From Octopus sinensis (lineage: Eukaryota): DNA of 64,000 nt. The stretch lies in NCBI RefSeq assembly GCF_006345805.1, contig NC_043000.1:21948001-22012000 (forward strand). Reading direction: 5' to 3'. The notes under the pieces were generated by a model. That model did not search any database, was not told where the DNA came from, and worked only from the letters and a program-made list of their open reading frames with translations. Of the stretch, positions 1 through 12,596 are shown in pieces. Position 1 is the first letter of the stretch. Each line of letters starts with the position of its first letter. A program made the translations under genes and the position numbers.

Positions 1-232
1 TTGAGAGCATGATAGTCCGATGCTGTCTTGTTTTATTTCTTTCAATGACTTTTCAACATTAAGTTGTCATTTATCAGCTGTTCTAGTGTTTATATATATA
101 TTTATTTATTTCTGATGAAACTACAGGAGTAATTGAAAGCGCTAATATGAAGAAATAATATGTGATATGTAAATAAATATATTTTTTTACAACCATCCAG
201 CATTCTGAACACCTTTTTCTTTCATATATATA

Positions 233-289
<57 letters not shown>

Positions 290-3200
290 GGCATAGTTTC
301 TTCGCCTATATATACACCCATCCCAAACTGACCATTGTAAAAGAAAATTCTATACTGAAAAATATAAACACTAATGTTTCAAATTTTGGCACAAGGCCAG
401 AATAATAAAGATAAAATCATGCAAGTGAAATCTAATCATTTTGGGCGTCACATTTTAATACTAGAAAAAAAATCATTGAATTGAATTATTCAATATTATA
501 TAGTAAATACCGGATATGCTGGGGATTTATTTTTGTTTGCTTTTTTTTTTACAGTAAGAAGTTTCCTCGATTAGAAAACAATTTTAAAAAAACAAACTAT
601 ATTGTCTACCTTAAAGTTACTTTAAAATATTTTATTTTATTTTCACGAAATGCATGAGGATATATACAAATCATATAAAATCATTTAAAGTCATTTTAAC
701 AATTTAATTTAAAAGAAAATAACTAAAGTCAAAATACAAAACTTTTTTTTCATTGATATATATACATATATATATAACCTTGGATTTTATAATTTCAGAA
801 ATATATGTAGAATTTACAAGAGAAAATTGGACAGCAACTTCAAAGTTTTGCCTTAGCAGTCATGTGATTGACTAATGACTAGTGAATGAAACCTTCGAGG
901 TCACTGTCTACCTTTTGTATGTTAATAAACATGGTACTCTAGTAAATAATACTGAGCAATCCTTCAATCTCATGTTCCAAGTGTTTTTGTACTTCACATG
1001 AAAAACAAGCAATATATATATATATATATGCAATTAAACTGAATAATCTCTCAGAATATCAATTAGTTTATTAATTAAATTCAATTTAAAATATACATAC
1101 ATACGTAAATGCACATTGGTTCTACTAAACATCACAGAGGAATCATTAACTTTTTTTAAAGTCCTTTAAAGATAAAGGCTTCTGGACAATTATCTATGTC
1201 AACTTTTTAAAGATTAATCCAAAATTTGGTTATTTATTAAAATATTAGGAATAAACTGGTTCGATCGAAAGGAATAATTAGATGGTAGAATCCCACTATT
1301 TTTGATGGAAGTAAATAAGTATATATTTAAACAAAACAGTAGTCTTTGCTGGCAAATAGAATGAATTAACTTAGAAAAATGCGTGCTACTCACTATTAAT
1401 ATATGTGTGTGTCAAGAAGTAGATGGAAGCATCAAAGTTGCTGAGACAAGCCGTGAGAGAAAAGAAACCATACAATGAACTTTAAATAGTTTTTACATCT
1501 TGTCTAACACACTGTGATATCTTCTTTATATATACAGGTCTCGTGTTATTTTATTCATAACACCATTGTTATTGATTTTCAAGAAAAAGCACATAGAACG
1601 TTTTGTTGAGTGAAATGTCGAGACAATTAAGATCTGATGATCAGTAAGATAATTTACATTAGGTTAAATAAAAATAAAAAATATAAACGACTTGCATCTG
1701 ATTTATTGTTCTGCAATGTGAACAACTTGTTTGAAGATGAACATCTAAATTTCGTGAGGCTTTTTTGTTTGTTTGTTCTTTTTTTCTCACCCTCACCTTA
1801 CAGAAATATAATTAAGAAGAGAGCACTATCTTTTTCTCCTTAATTACATGAAATTAAGCGTTTATATTATATATATTTTTAATTTTACCTTTCAGTTGGA
1901 ATTTTGTTTTCATATAAATTCATTTACCAGTTGCATCTAAGACGCAGAAAATAGAAAAATCCTTCGAAATAACATAGTTGGCTCTTTAAACATATATATG
2001 TATATATATACACACACAGACGTGCGAAGCAGCGAGCGAGGAAGCCAAGTTGTTCTACCGGTTTGCATTAGAAAGGGGAGGATTATGAGTGAGAGGAGTA
2101 GTGACAACAAGAAACATTATTATAATGATGGTAGTGATGGTCATATTCTGCACAGCTCTATCTGAACGAACAACAATCAGTTAAATTGTGCTCTACATAC
2201 ATAGACACACACACATATCTATATATATATATACATACGCACATACATAGATATACATACACACATACATAGATATACATACACATATACCTTAATATAT
2301 ATATATATATATATAAAACACATATACATACACACGCACATCTCTCTCTCTCTCCCCCTCTATATATATATAAAAATGTATACATACATACATATGTATG
2401 TATAGTGAATATGCTGGGGAAAGGAAACCTAACCACGACAAATTACACGTTCACTGATATCATTGGTTTTTAGCTTTTTATTTCCATGTTATCTATATTA
2501 TAATTTGCATAAAGCATAGTTTTTTTTTTACTCTCTCTCTCTGTACGGAAAACAGAAATGTGATACATATATATGTATGTATATATACACACATACATGC
2601 ACATACGCATACATACATATTTAACCAGAAGCGTGCGAACGACAGAAATACTAAGAGCAACAGACAGGGGAATGGAATTGCATGACGTATTCGTCTAGCC
2701 GTAATGTCGCCACCCCCTCCTCTCTCTCTCTATACACACTCGCACACTATATATATATATATATAATAAATATATAGGAAGGCTTAAGGAATAAAACTGT
2801 GGTCCGGAACGTTTCCATAAATGTGTTGCATTAAAAAAGAAAAAATATTTTCTCTAAAAAAATATTTAGTTTATACGAAGCTATACAGCTTTTCACGATT
2901 AGATTTACTTGATTAGATGACGTAAAAGACTTCGTATCATCATTGATTATTTTTTATTTTTAAAAAAATGTTAACAGTTTAAAGTAAAACTACATATTAT
3001 TTATTTACATAAATAACGCGTTAATTTTTATTGATTAAGTTAATGAAGAATCTCAAATAATTATATATGGATATCTGTTATTTACCCTAATTAAGAAATT
3101 TACAGATATGGGATACGCATACATGCACACATATATATGCTTGCATGTTTGAGTATATATATAGATATGATAATCAAAATGTTTAATAAAACTGATTCTT

Positions 3201-3848
3201 CCGAAATAAATTGCATATAACCATCTCTTAGTTTCATTAACAACTATATAAGCCATCCCTTGGCCTCTCCCTTGAAGTTATTCTTCAATCTAAAGGGCGT
3301 TCCATGGGCAGGGCCTGTTTAAAAAGAATCGTTTCAAAAACGAGGCTCTGCGTTACTAAAGTAATGTCTTAGTCACAGCGGAACCATTTTCGGGAATTTT
3401 ATCAAGAATATCGTTTTCTACTTATACAATTTGGCCTTGATCGAATTTTTTTTCGTAACACCCAACTTTAATTTTTAATAACAAAGCAATAGTTTCAAAA
3501 TGGTGCCAGTTGTTAATTTAGAAAGTGATTTAAGAAGAGGGATCCGTTGACCTAAATCTCGTTCTACTCCTCGTTTCTTCTTTCTAAAAGGATTAATTCG
3601 CACTTATGAATGTCTGTGTTTTCGGATTTCAATTTGGTTTTTTTATATATTTTTTAAATGCATTACACAAAATTTAAACAACTTCATCCCGTCTTTATAA
3701 ATTCTACTGGATTTTATTTCGCTAAGATTTAACGAGATTAAATAAGCCGTGTCAGTATTGACTTTAACGAAGTAATTAAAACACTCTGACGGAACTATTT
3801 TCTTGGTCGGAGGTATATACGGTAATTAGACTTTATTCGAACTGCTTG

Positions 3849-3880
3849 TTTGGGCGGGAAACAAAAGGGACGCCATCTTG
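3849..3880 (+). promoter_or_regulatory. Putative RAD21 core promoter: E2F site (GCGGGAAA 3854-3861 = TTTCCCGC on -) next to a YY1-type motif (CGCCATCTT 3871-3879)
   Basis: Exact consensus matches in a CpG-rich stretch, about 140 bp upstream of a GTAAGT donor. Confidence 0.5.
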
Positions 3881-3889
3881 GAAAATGAA

Positions 3890-4017
3890 ATTTGTCTGTT
3901 ATTAATTATGTGGCTTTTTGCTACGATTTTTAGCAATCACCCGCCGGATTTTACTATACATGTTGATTGAATGTTGTTAATTAGATAACGAAGATTTAAC
4001 TGCATATCGACAATCGG
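3890..4017 (+). other. RAD21: Candidate non-coding first exon (1a) of RAD21; 5' end uncertain
   Basis: Donor CGG|GTAAGT at 4018; the ATG exon has its own acceptor at 9663, so an upstream UTR exon is required. Confidence 0.45.
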
Positions 4018-4374
4018 GTAAGTAAGCGCCAGTTATACATTGCTGATATTTTATCTGAAAACTTGCGGGTCCTTCGTGAACTAGTCCATCGGTTGGTTGG
4101 CCAGCTTAACTGATAAACATATGTCTAGTACAGAGAGAAGAGTTGGTTTTTTTTCTGGGCCGAACGTTTATTTACTTTAACGCGAAGTAACATAGCTTCT
4201 GAATTGGATAGGTTGCAGGAAAATAGACTGATTTATTTTTTATAGTATATTTATTGTTTTTAATGCTTAATATAGTAACAATTTGTTTTCTAAACAGTGT
4301 ATATATATGTTGGTATGCGTGGATGATATATATAGATAGATAGATAGGTATATACCCTGTGATATAGGTATATA

Positions 4375-4421
<47 letters not shown>

Positions 4422-4749
4422 ATATATAGTATTCGCTGGTCTACTGGTTGAGGCGTACTTTCTTGTCACCACCGCATCTTATCTTTCCTTCCCAATTTAT
4501 TTTAAAAGCTGCACATGCATTTATATTTATTTCCGTCCCTTCTTCACAGGCTATAACGAGAAATTCGTTTATTTCAATTATATCCAAGTAAATTGCCTTC
4601 GATAAATACAAATTGTTGCACACATTTCTACCTATGCTATTTTGATTAAATTGGGCTTTTTTTTATTATTAAATAACCCCACATTTTTGCTGCTATTGAT
4701 TTTATTTATTCATCTCTCCATCTATATTTAATATTTCCCTTTGGCGGAA

Positions 4750-4874
4750 GGTATATGTGTATATATATATATATATATAATATGCATCTATACATATAAT
4801 CTTCATGTATACACACACAAGCATATTTATCTTCACACGTTATATATATATATATATAATATATATATATATAT

Positions 4875-4917
<43 letters not shown>

Positions 4918-4942
4918 TATATATACACACACATATATATAT

Positions 4943-5037
<95 letters not shown>

Positions 5038-5060
5038 TATATATATACATACACAAAAAT
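4750..5060. repeat. Compound (TA)n(CA)m microsatellite block
   Basis: Directly visible; similar tracts at 230-290, 2200-2400 and 4330-4430. Confidence 0.95.
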
Positions 5061-6229
5061 ATTTTAGTTCATTCTGTCTCAACACACACGCACATATACA
5101 CTTTTGGCTTAATTTTGAAAATAATTTTGATTTATTCAGTTTTTACTTGTCTATATTTGAAACTTAGCCATTTTCAATATTTTAAATTAACTTCAGCCAG
5201 GTAAAAATTTTAAAAAATTTCTTCTCGATGTAGGAATGGTGTGTTATCATCAATAAAGTATTTATATGCCTATCATAAACCTAATTAAACGAGAGAAAAA
5301 ATAGTTCTTTGACGAATTTATTCCATATTTACGTCGAATGTTCTCTCATGATTAGATACGTGTAAAATTCAATGTCAGCAAAGATGTGCGTGATTATGCT
5401 CTAATTTATCTTCATCTTACAGATTGGCATAATATTGTAATTTTAGACACTCTGCTCTATTAAATATTGGGTTTTTAATGCATTTTTCTCCCCCCAAACA
5501 ATTATATAATAATAATCATAACCGAAACCAGCGTGTTTGTGTATAATTTTCATCAGTCTTACCACCAAATACTTGGAAATATATCCATAATCGTATCAAT
5601 TCGATACCGCTCACTAGTAGCTTCTGAATTCAAATTTATTTTATACATAGATCAAAGATTTTTTTAATCAGCTGTTATTATTTATCTTCAGTGAATTAAA
5701 TTGATTTAAAATAAGGAAATCGAAATAGAAATTAGATTTCTTTTGCTATTGATTGCTGCAACTCTTTCTTCCATATTGGAATTATTTTTTTTCTTTATTT
5801 CTGAATATTCTAATTTCTCAGATCCTTATATCTAATTTTCTTTACACGTAAGCATTTTGTGAATTTTCCTAATTCGAAAGGCAAATATATCTTGTGTAAT
5901 AGTGTACGGAGAGAGAGAAATATCTTGTGTAAAATACTAAGTTTCTCGTCATCGTCGTCCAGTATTCGTAATAATGTCTGTCCTGTTGAGTTTTCAAGCT
6001 AAGCTGTCTGTTCGTTAAAAATGGGTCATACGACTGATGGGAGATCACTCTCACAGAGACCAACCATTTTTACTGGCTCTATTGATTAATGACAGTCTGA
6101 TGTTTGCATGACGGCTTACACACGATGACTGGTCGCCACTTGCGATGCCGCTACCTTTTTATATGATGACGCGGTTAGCTCCTCTCACTCAAACAGACGT
6201 TGATTGGCTGTCAGCTTGTATGCGAGCCT

Positions 6230-6454
6230 ACAAGATAGATTCCCGCTTAATTTTCCTCAACATTAAAGCCTCACGGTTCCCTTTTTACCCCCTCCCCCTC
6301 TTTAACTTTCTACTTTCGATCCCATTAGCGGCAACATGATATTCTATAACCCTCTTTTTAAAAAAGCAGCTTGAATTCCCTATAAGTACATATTTTTTTT
6401 TCTATTTTTCAAACAAATGTTCAATTAACTGCATCGATTTCCTTATTTTTCAAG
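6230..6454 (+). other. Candidate alternative first exon (1b) of RAD21, or a recursive splice site; 5' end uncertain
   Basis: CAAG|GTAAGA at 6455, downstream of an inverted CCAAT box (ATTGG 6203-6207) and TGACG (6167) in a CpG-rich segment. Confidence 0.35.
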
Positions 6455-8119
6455 GTAAGATGAAAATAATTTGATCTTTGTTATTTCTTTTGATCAATAA
6501 TTGGTAATTGTATCCCGATAGAGTTCCCTCTTCGCTGTTCCCCCTTTATAAATTGAGTCATCTAAACTATTTGTCATCGCATTGTCATGAAATGATGTTT
6601 AAAGTTTCAGTCACTGAAAATTAATTTTATCATGCTGACTTCGAAAATTAAGAGTTTTTATCTTGAAACTGACATTGAAATAGTATTAGGAGGTATTATT
6701 ATTTGCAAGTTTATATTTTCAATAAAATAGGTGTGTAGGTCACTCGTTTCCAATTTTTTTAACATATTCCTGTATCATAATAAACAAACATGCAGATTTC
6801 AAGTAATTTTGCATCCTAGTATGTATGTATCCAGTATACTTACAATATTTAGATCGAGCAGTTTTTTTTTAATTATGTAAACTGGAATAAGTTTCAGTAT
6901 TTTTGTTCTAGATATATAGAAAACACGTTGAATAATAAAAAATTTGCCATAACAACTGTTAGGTGTATAAAATTGGAATAAGAAAATAGATTCTGTGTCT
7001 CCATAATTGGTTTTATCACATTTCCATAAACTTTGCCATTCGAATTAAGAGGAAAGTATTCAGTCAAAACGATTGATCTAATATGGTTGGCTGGTGCTTA
7101 TTTGGTACCCAACTTGTAAACCCAGTTGTGATTTCTTTCTCCTATGTGACAGATGGTTTGGGGAAGTGTATGGATGTTAGAACCTCTTGTATGCGTGAGG
7201 GTTTTCTTTTACGTGACTTTGTAGCAGTCTCACTTGGATTGGTAACAAATCTAAGACATTGAAATCAGTTTTAAGTTACTAAAATAACTTTCTGGTTTTC
7301 AGTGTATCTCAATTTGTTTTCGCTTTTTAAACATTTTTCGTAAACAAAATGGCTATTTAAAGTATTTTAAGTAACATTTTAAAAGGAATATTGTAATGTT
7401 ATGAGATACGAAAAGCTTTGCTTGCTAACTTTCTCTCCTCTCCCCTCACCTCACCCCGAAGTACCATAAACGCGGTCGTTGGACCTAAAGAAATTATCAA
7501 TCATATCTCATCCAAATTATGCCGTTTTAATGAGGAAATATTGAAGCATGTTCTTGCTTAATAAAATTACGTGTTGGTCATAAATAGATTGGCCTTGATC
7601 ATAGACCTCTTCGATCGAACCTAACTTGGAATTGGTCTTTTCTTCACCAAAAATAATTGTGATGCAATTTACTGTATAATTTGTGATGTCACTAAGCAGC
7701 GTAGGATTCCTAGTTGAGTGAATCGATAACCGTTAATTGGCATTATACTATGGCAGCAGAACAGAGAAGGAAGGATACTTGTGAAACTGCCCTTCATTGT
7801 TGCAGTTGAAAGCCTATGGTTAATAGCAATCGTGAAAACTTCAGGCTCACTTCGGATATAAACTTGAAAGTTGAGGGATCACATGCCGCTGGTTGAAATA
7901 TATAGTGACCAAGTAAATTACGGTATTTACAGAATTTCGTTACCGCGTCGCTCGACCCCACTATTTGACCACGTGAGACCGGTGAAATGGATTTCATATC
8001 ACCCGTTGTAATAAGATTAAACTTACTTTTCTCTACCTGGCTCAACTATGACTATTAGTTTTACAGCAGGGATAAAATGCGATGTTTTAAGAGAGTAGTA
8101 GTAAATTATTTTGTCGCGA

Positions 8120-8390
8120 GCTTGTAAAGGCTCGTAGCTAAGTGGTTGGGATATTCGGCTCAAGTTCGTAAGGTGTTGAGTTCGATACCTGGCAGCGTGT
8201 TGTCATGTTGCTCCAGTCCACTCAGCTGGCAAAAATGAGTTGTACCTGTATTTCAAAGGGCCGACCATGTCACGTACGTCTAAGTACGTGTGTCTGGAGT
8301 GCTCAGCCACGTTAATTTCACAAGTAGGCTGCTCTATTTCTTGGATCAACTGGGAGCGTCGTCGTAACCGACGGTGTGTCAGTTGTCACG
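8120..8390 (+). mobile_element. tRNA-derived SINE with CpGs retained
   Basis: A-box-like TAGCTAAGTGG, B-box-like GTTCGATACC, body motif CAGTCCACTCAGCTG. Confidence 0.7.
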
Positions 8391-9681
8391 AGTTTACATG
8401 TCTATTAAGCCGGAGTCTATCTCGGTTTCTCTGTAGTTTAAGATGCCCTCTTGAAAGGGACGCCAGTACAGTCAGGTGGGGTTAATCTGAAATCCCCCAA
8501 CTAGCGAAAGCATCGATGACTGTTGAATCCCAAATAAGACATTTCCTTCGTTTCCGTGGAAAGTATATACAGTCTGTCGTCATGGAGCCCATTGGCTCCA
8601 GAATATTGGCTGCTCCAAGTTTAGACTAAGCGTGCTTAATTGAGCACAGCGAGCCAGTCGCCATTAATCTTGCATACCACCCCTCAGTTACGAGTGTACC
8701 GCCCTTGCATCGTTACAAAATCGCGTTTGGGGCATTAGAAATACACAGATCTTTGGGGCTGAGGATGTTCCTAGCATATAATGTGAAAAGTATAAATCCA
8801 GACTCCCGATCCTGGAGCTCCAAGAGTATTTCATTATACTGGATGACCTCTTCAACGAGCAATTAGTGTAACCATTTTCAAGTGCTCTGGTCATACTGGG
8901 CAATTAGCACAGAACCGTTTAAGAAATGTTTTAGTTCTATTTCTTAATTGTAAGCATGAAAACTTATAAGAATTATCTTAATTAAGTTCAAAGGAAACGG
9001 GGAAGAATACTTTGAAATGTATTCTGTGCCCTCATTACTCTTAAAACATACAAATGTGCGGTTCATTTTGGCGCGGTAAATACGTACTGAGGAGGAGTTT
9101 CTCGTGTGATCGCTCTAACGTTAATGTAGAAAAGATTTAGATTAAATGTGTGAAATTTTTGAGGGGTAGTGTGGGGGACAATCTAACTTGTTTGTTATGT
9201 TGTATGTTGTTAGTTTTGGCGAGAGAGTACGCACACCCGATGTTTAGGTTTAAGGTTTTTGTTGCGCCGAAAACGGGTGGTGTGCGTATTCTTTACCTCC
9301 GCCGAAGTTTTCTTAGGCATTAACTGACCCTTTAGTGCCAATATCTGTTTTCGAACAACCATTTCAGATGTCGAACTATCAGCGGCGTTCCCTGCCCCCA
9401 TTAAATGCAGATTTTTTTCCTCCCTTATTTTAAATTGTAACTCAGGACAATTCCGTTTAGAATTACTTGTCATTCAATACCTAGCACCTGGTTAAATACA
9501 AGATTGAATGACTGAGAGAGCGTATATTATTGGTCAAAACTTATTTCCCTTTCACGCTCATTAATTGCGCTCGTGGTGCCGGTAACGGACAACGAAATAA
9601 TTGTTTTGTTTTTAATACATAGTAACATGAATGATCAAATATTTTTCTACAATTTGTTTCAGATTTTACTGAAAAATAACA

Positions 9682-9825
9682 ATGTTTTACGCCCATTTTG
9701 TACTGAGTAAAAAGGGTCCGCTGGCCAAAATTTGGTTGGCGGCCCATTGGGACAAGAAATTGACAAAGGCACATGTTTTTGAAACAAATATTGACAGCAG
9801 TGTTGAAGCTATTCTCAAACCTAAG
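9682..9825 (+). CDS. RAD21: RAD21 coding exon 1 ([29 protein letters not shown]...)
   Basis: Near-identical to the RAD21 N-terminus; acceptor TTTCAG at 9663, donor GTAAG at 9826; 144 nt. Confidence 0.99.
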
Positions 9826-10741
9826 GTAAGTTTCCTATTCTCTTTGTATATTTTACAATGTTTTGTTTATTACTGACTAATAATTTAATCATTGTTTATG
9901 ATTATTATTGTCTTTTTCTTTTACATTATAAAAAATGGATTAATATAATTTAATGTCGTGTTAGTAGTGTAAGAATTTAGTAATAAGTATCATTGTTTTA
10001 ATAGTAACCCTGTATTTTGTTTTTAAATACTTTATGATAGGTATTTTATAATAAATACATTGTTGTTAAAACATGCCTTGTTTTGATTTAGCAAACCATA
10101 ACAATACTTGCATCTGTGTTTTCCTTATAAACTTTGTGAGCATTTCTAATTGGATCATTATCGTTAGCACTTGTAACTGAGCACCTTGGATCTGATTAAA
10201 GACAGTCTTTATTCCATCGGGGAATAGTTATCTGGACAAATATTTATTGTGTGGTCTGTTTGATAACCAACAGCTGTACCTTCACTTACCCATTATGTTG
10301 ATACTGCTGTCCAGCATGCAGTTGTAGCAATATGAATGATACCTAGCGGTTGCTCTCCCAAATAAACTGGTCAAGGATAGTCAAAAGCATTCCAACTGTT
10401 ACCATCCTGTGGTTTTAAAGGGTATTGAAGACTACATGATCTGATGTGTTCTTTCTTTAGGATGTGGTTTAACTGGTATTTCTAGCAAGCCAAGTAAATT
10501 TATATAGGTCGCCTTGTCACCCATGGACATAACAGCTATGAAAAGGGTGTTCTTAGTTTGAAGAAGTGTTTTCACAGAGCAACATATACTTCATTAATGA
10601 TGCAAGTGTTGTCAATCAAATAAATTCTCAATTCATAGGGACCAAATTTAACCATACCAAAATACTGCAGTTTCTTCATTAGTTGTACATGTATTAGCAA
10701 TAAATTCATGTTCTTTTCTTTTTTTCTTCTTCTAATTTCAG

Positions 10742-10971
10742 GTAAAAATGGCATTAAGAACATCAGGCCACTTGCTTTTGGGAGTTGTACGTATTTATTC
10801 TCGAAAAGCCAAATATCTTTTAGCTGATTGTAATGAAGCTTTTGTTAAAATCAAGATGGCTTTTCGTCCTGGGGTAGTTGACCTTCCTGAAGAAAATCGA
10901 GAAGCTTCAGTAGCTGCAATCACCTTACAAGAAAATTTTCATGATTTTGATACTACCCTAGCAGACCTCAA
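10742..10971 (+). CDS. RAD21: RAD21 coding exon 2 ([30 protein letters not shown]...)
   Basis: N-terminal Rad21/Rec8 domain; AG/GT boundaries; 230 nt. Confidence 0.99.
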
Positions 10972-11500
10972 GTAAGTAGAAATATTTAATTGTATAGCTT
11001 TACTAAAAAGTGCAGTCAATGAATTTCATTTAGTTTACCTTCTGTAAGTGTTGTAATCATCTAGGAAAATCTATTATTGGCTGCATCTATTGAAATAAAC
11101 TGCAATATATGATTGCACAGTTAAATTTGCCTAGTGCCTGTTACTAAGAAGCCATTTTGTTGCTAATACTATAGCAAGGACATTTTGTGTACCGTAGTTG
11201 TCAGTCATGAAGAATTTTATATCGAGAGCTATCAGAACATAGGTATCTAGTTTCCTGTTGTAACATTTTCTCAAATATTTTAACATGCAGAATCTCTGAT
11301 TATTTTAGGTTTGCTATGCATAACTCTGTTTTCAAAGGTAAAAGAATTCTATTTCAAATTTAAAGATAACTGTGCTATATGAAACTAATTTTATCCTGTG
11401 AACTTCAAATGTATTATGACATATTTTTGCATTTTATAATCTTCAGTTTCTCTTGTTATAACTTCAGATACAATTTAATTCTATTTCAATACTCTTTCAG

Positions 11501-11607
11501 TGAAATCAATGTACAAGCTCAATTTTCAGTAAATCAAAGTCGTCCTGAAGAAATTACGATGCGGGAAGATTATGGAAATATCACTTTGATTGGTGATGAT
11601 GGCTTTG
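11501..11607 (+). CDS. RAD21: RAD21 coding exon 3 ([25 protein letters not shown]...)
   Basis: Conserved NQSRxEEITMRE motif; 107 nt, phase 2 to 1. Confidence 0.97.
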
Positions 11608-12189
11608 GTATGTATATATGTATACTTGTATATGATTAGTTGCAGGTTAATTAATTTTAAAATTCAACAGATAGTCTCAAAATTACATTAGCTAAAGAGA
11701 AATGTTCTAGTTTGACCTAACTTTTTGATTATGAGGTCATTTTAATGTTTTTGCAAGCAGAAGAGTAACAAAGAATTAAAGTACAGCTAATTGGAAAGAA
11801 GATTAGCTTTGAAATGCAGACTGAATTTGTTCCAAGATTAATGCAACTCTTGCTGTCTTCCTAATAAGGCAACTACAGATATTCTCACAAATCATCCATA
11901 GCTCAACTTGTCAAAGAAATAGTGAAGAAATTCCAAATTTGAAAGCAAAACCCAAAATCAAGAGACTATGAAACCTAACAGAGCAAAGGAAAGAAACCGA
12001 AACTTTACTGCCATTTTAGAAGTGGCTGTGCTCAATATTAATGCCATATAGGGTACCTAATGTGAAATATGGGTGTACAAGAGCTGCAGTAGGCATCATG
12101 TGAAGATCAATAAAAGAAAGGTGTTGTATGTTACAAATGCACTGCTGTAATAACAGTACCTGCAGAATAATATAATTTCAGATGCTTAC

Positions 12190-12545
12190 AGAATTACCTA
12201 GAAGTAGTTGGTAGTTTCCATTACTTAATTGTCCAAATTAACAGTAGAAGTGGGTGTTCCAGAGGAGAGGTATCCAAAGAAAGAATAAGGGGCATCTCTC
12301 TAAAGGAAGACAAGATGTTGCTTGGTAATGAAACATCCAGAGGATATGCTGAAAAGAAGTAAATAATATTGCACTGAGAGAAAACACAGGGTATAAGAAG
12401 AATCACGTGTCTGCTTGAGAGAAGACTGAGCTGCTGTGGGTACAGAAAATAGCAGTTTGACAATGAAGATATGGAAAGATGGAGGCTGACCTTAATAAAG
12501 ACAGCAAAGGACTTGAATGGATGGAAAGATGCTGTAAAAATGGAT
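12190..12545 (+). mobile_element. Heavily decayed RTE-type LINE fragment
   Basis: Reads LEVVGSFHYL...SRSGCS, resembling RTE RT; many disruptions. Confidence 0.45.
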
Positions 12546-12596
12546 GTATTCTTGATCTCATCCTTAGTGAATTTTGTATCTAGTTAATTATCTTAT

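Noticed and set aside
2158-5167. ORFs rich in Y/I/C/V/T/H (2158-2436, 4290-5167)
   Set aside because: Translations of TA/CA/TG microsatellites
8590-8690. 5S rRNA-like words (TTAAGCA, ACTTGGA, CATACCACCC)
   Set aside because: Spacing and strand order do not match 5S
9210-9473. 87-aa minus-strand ORF
   Set aside because: No recognisable motif or convincing splice context
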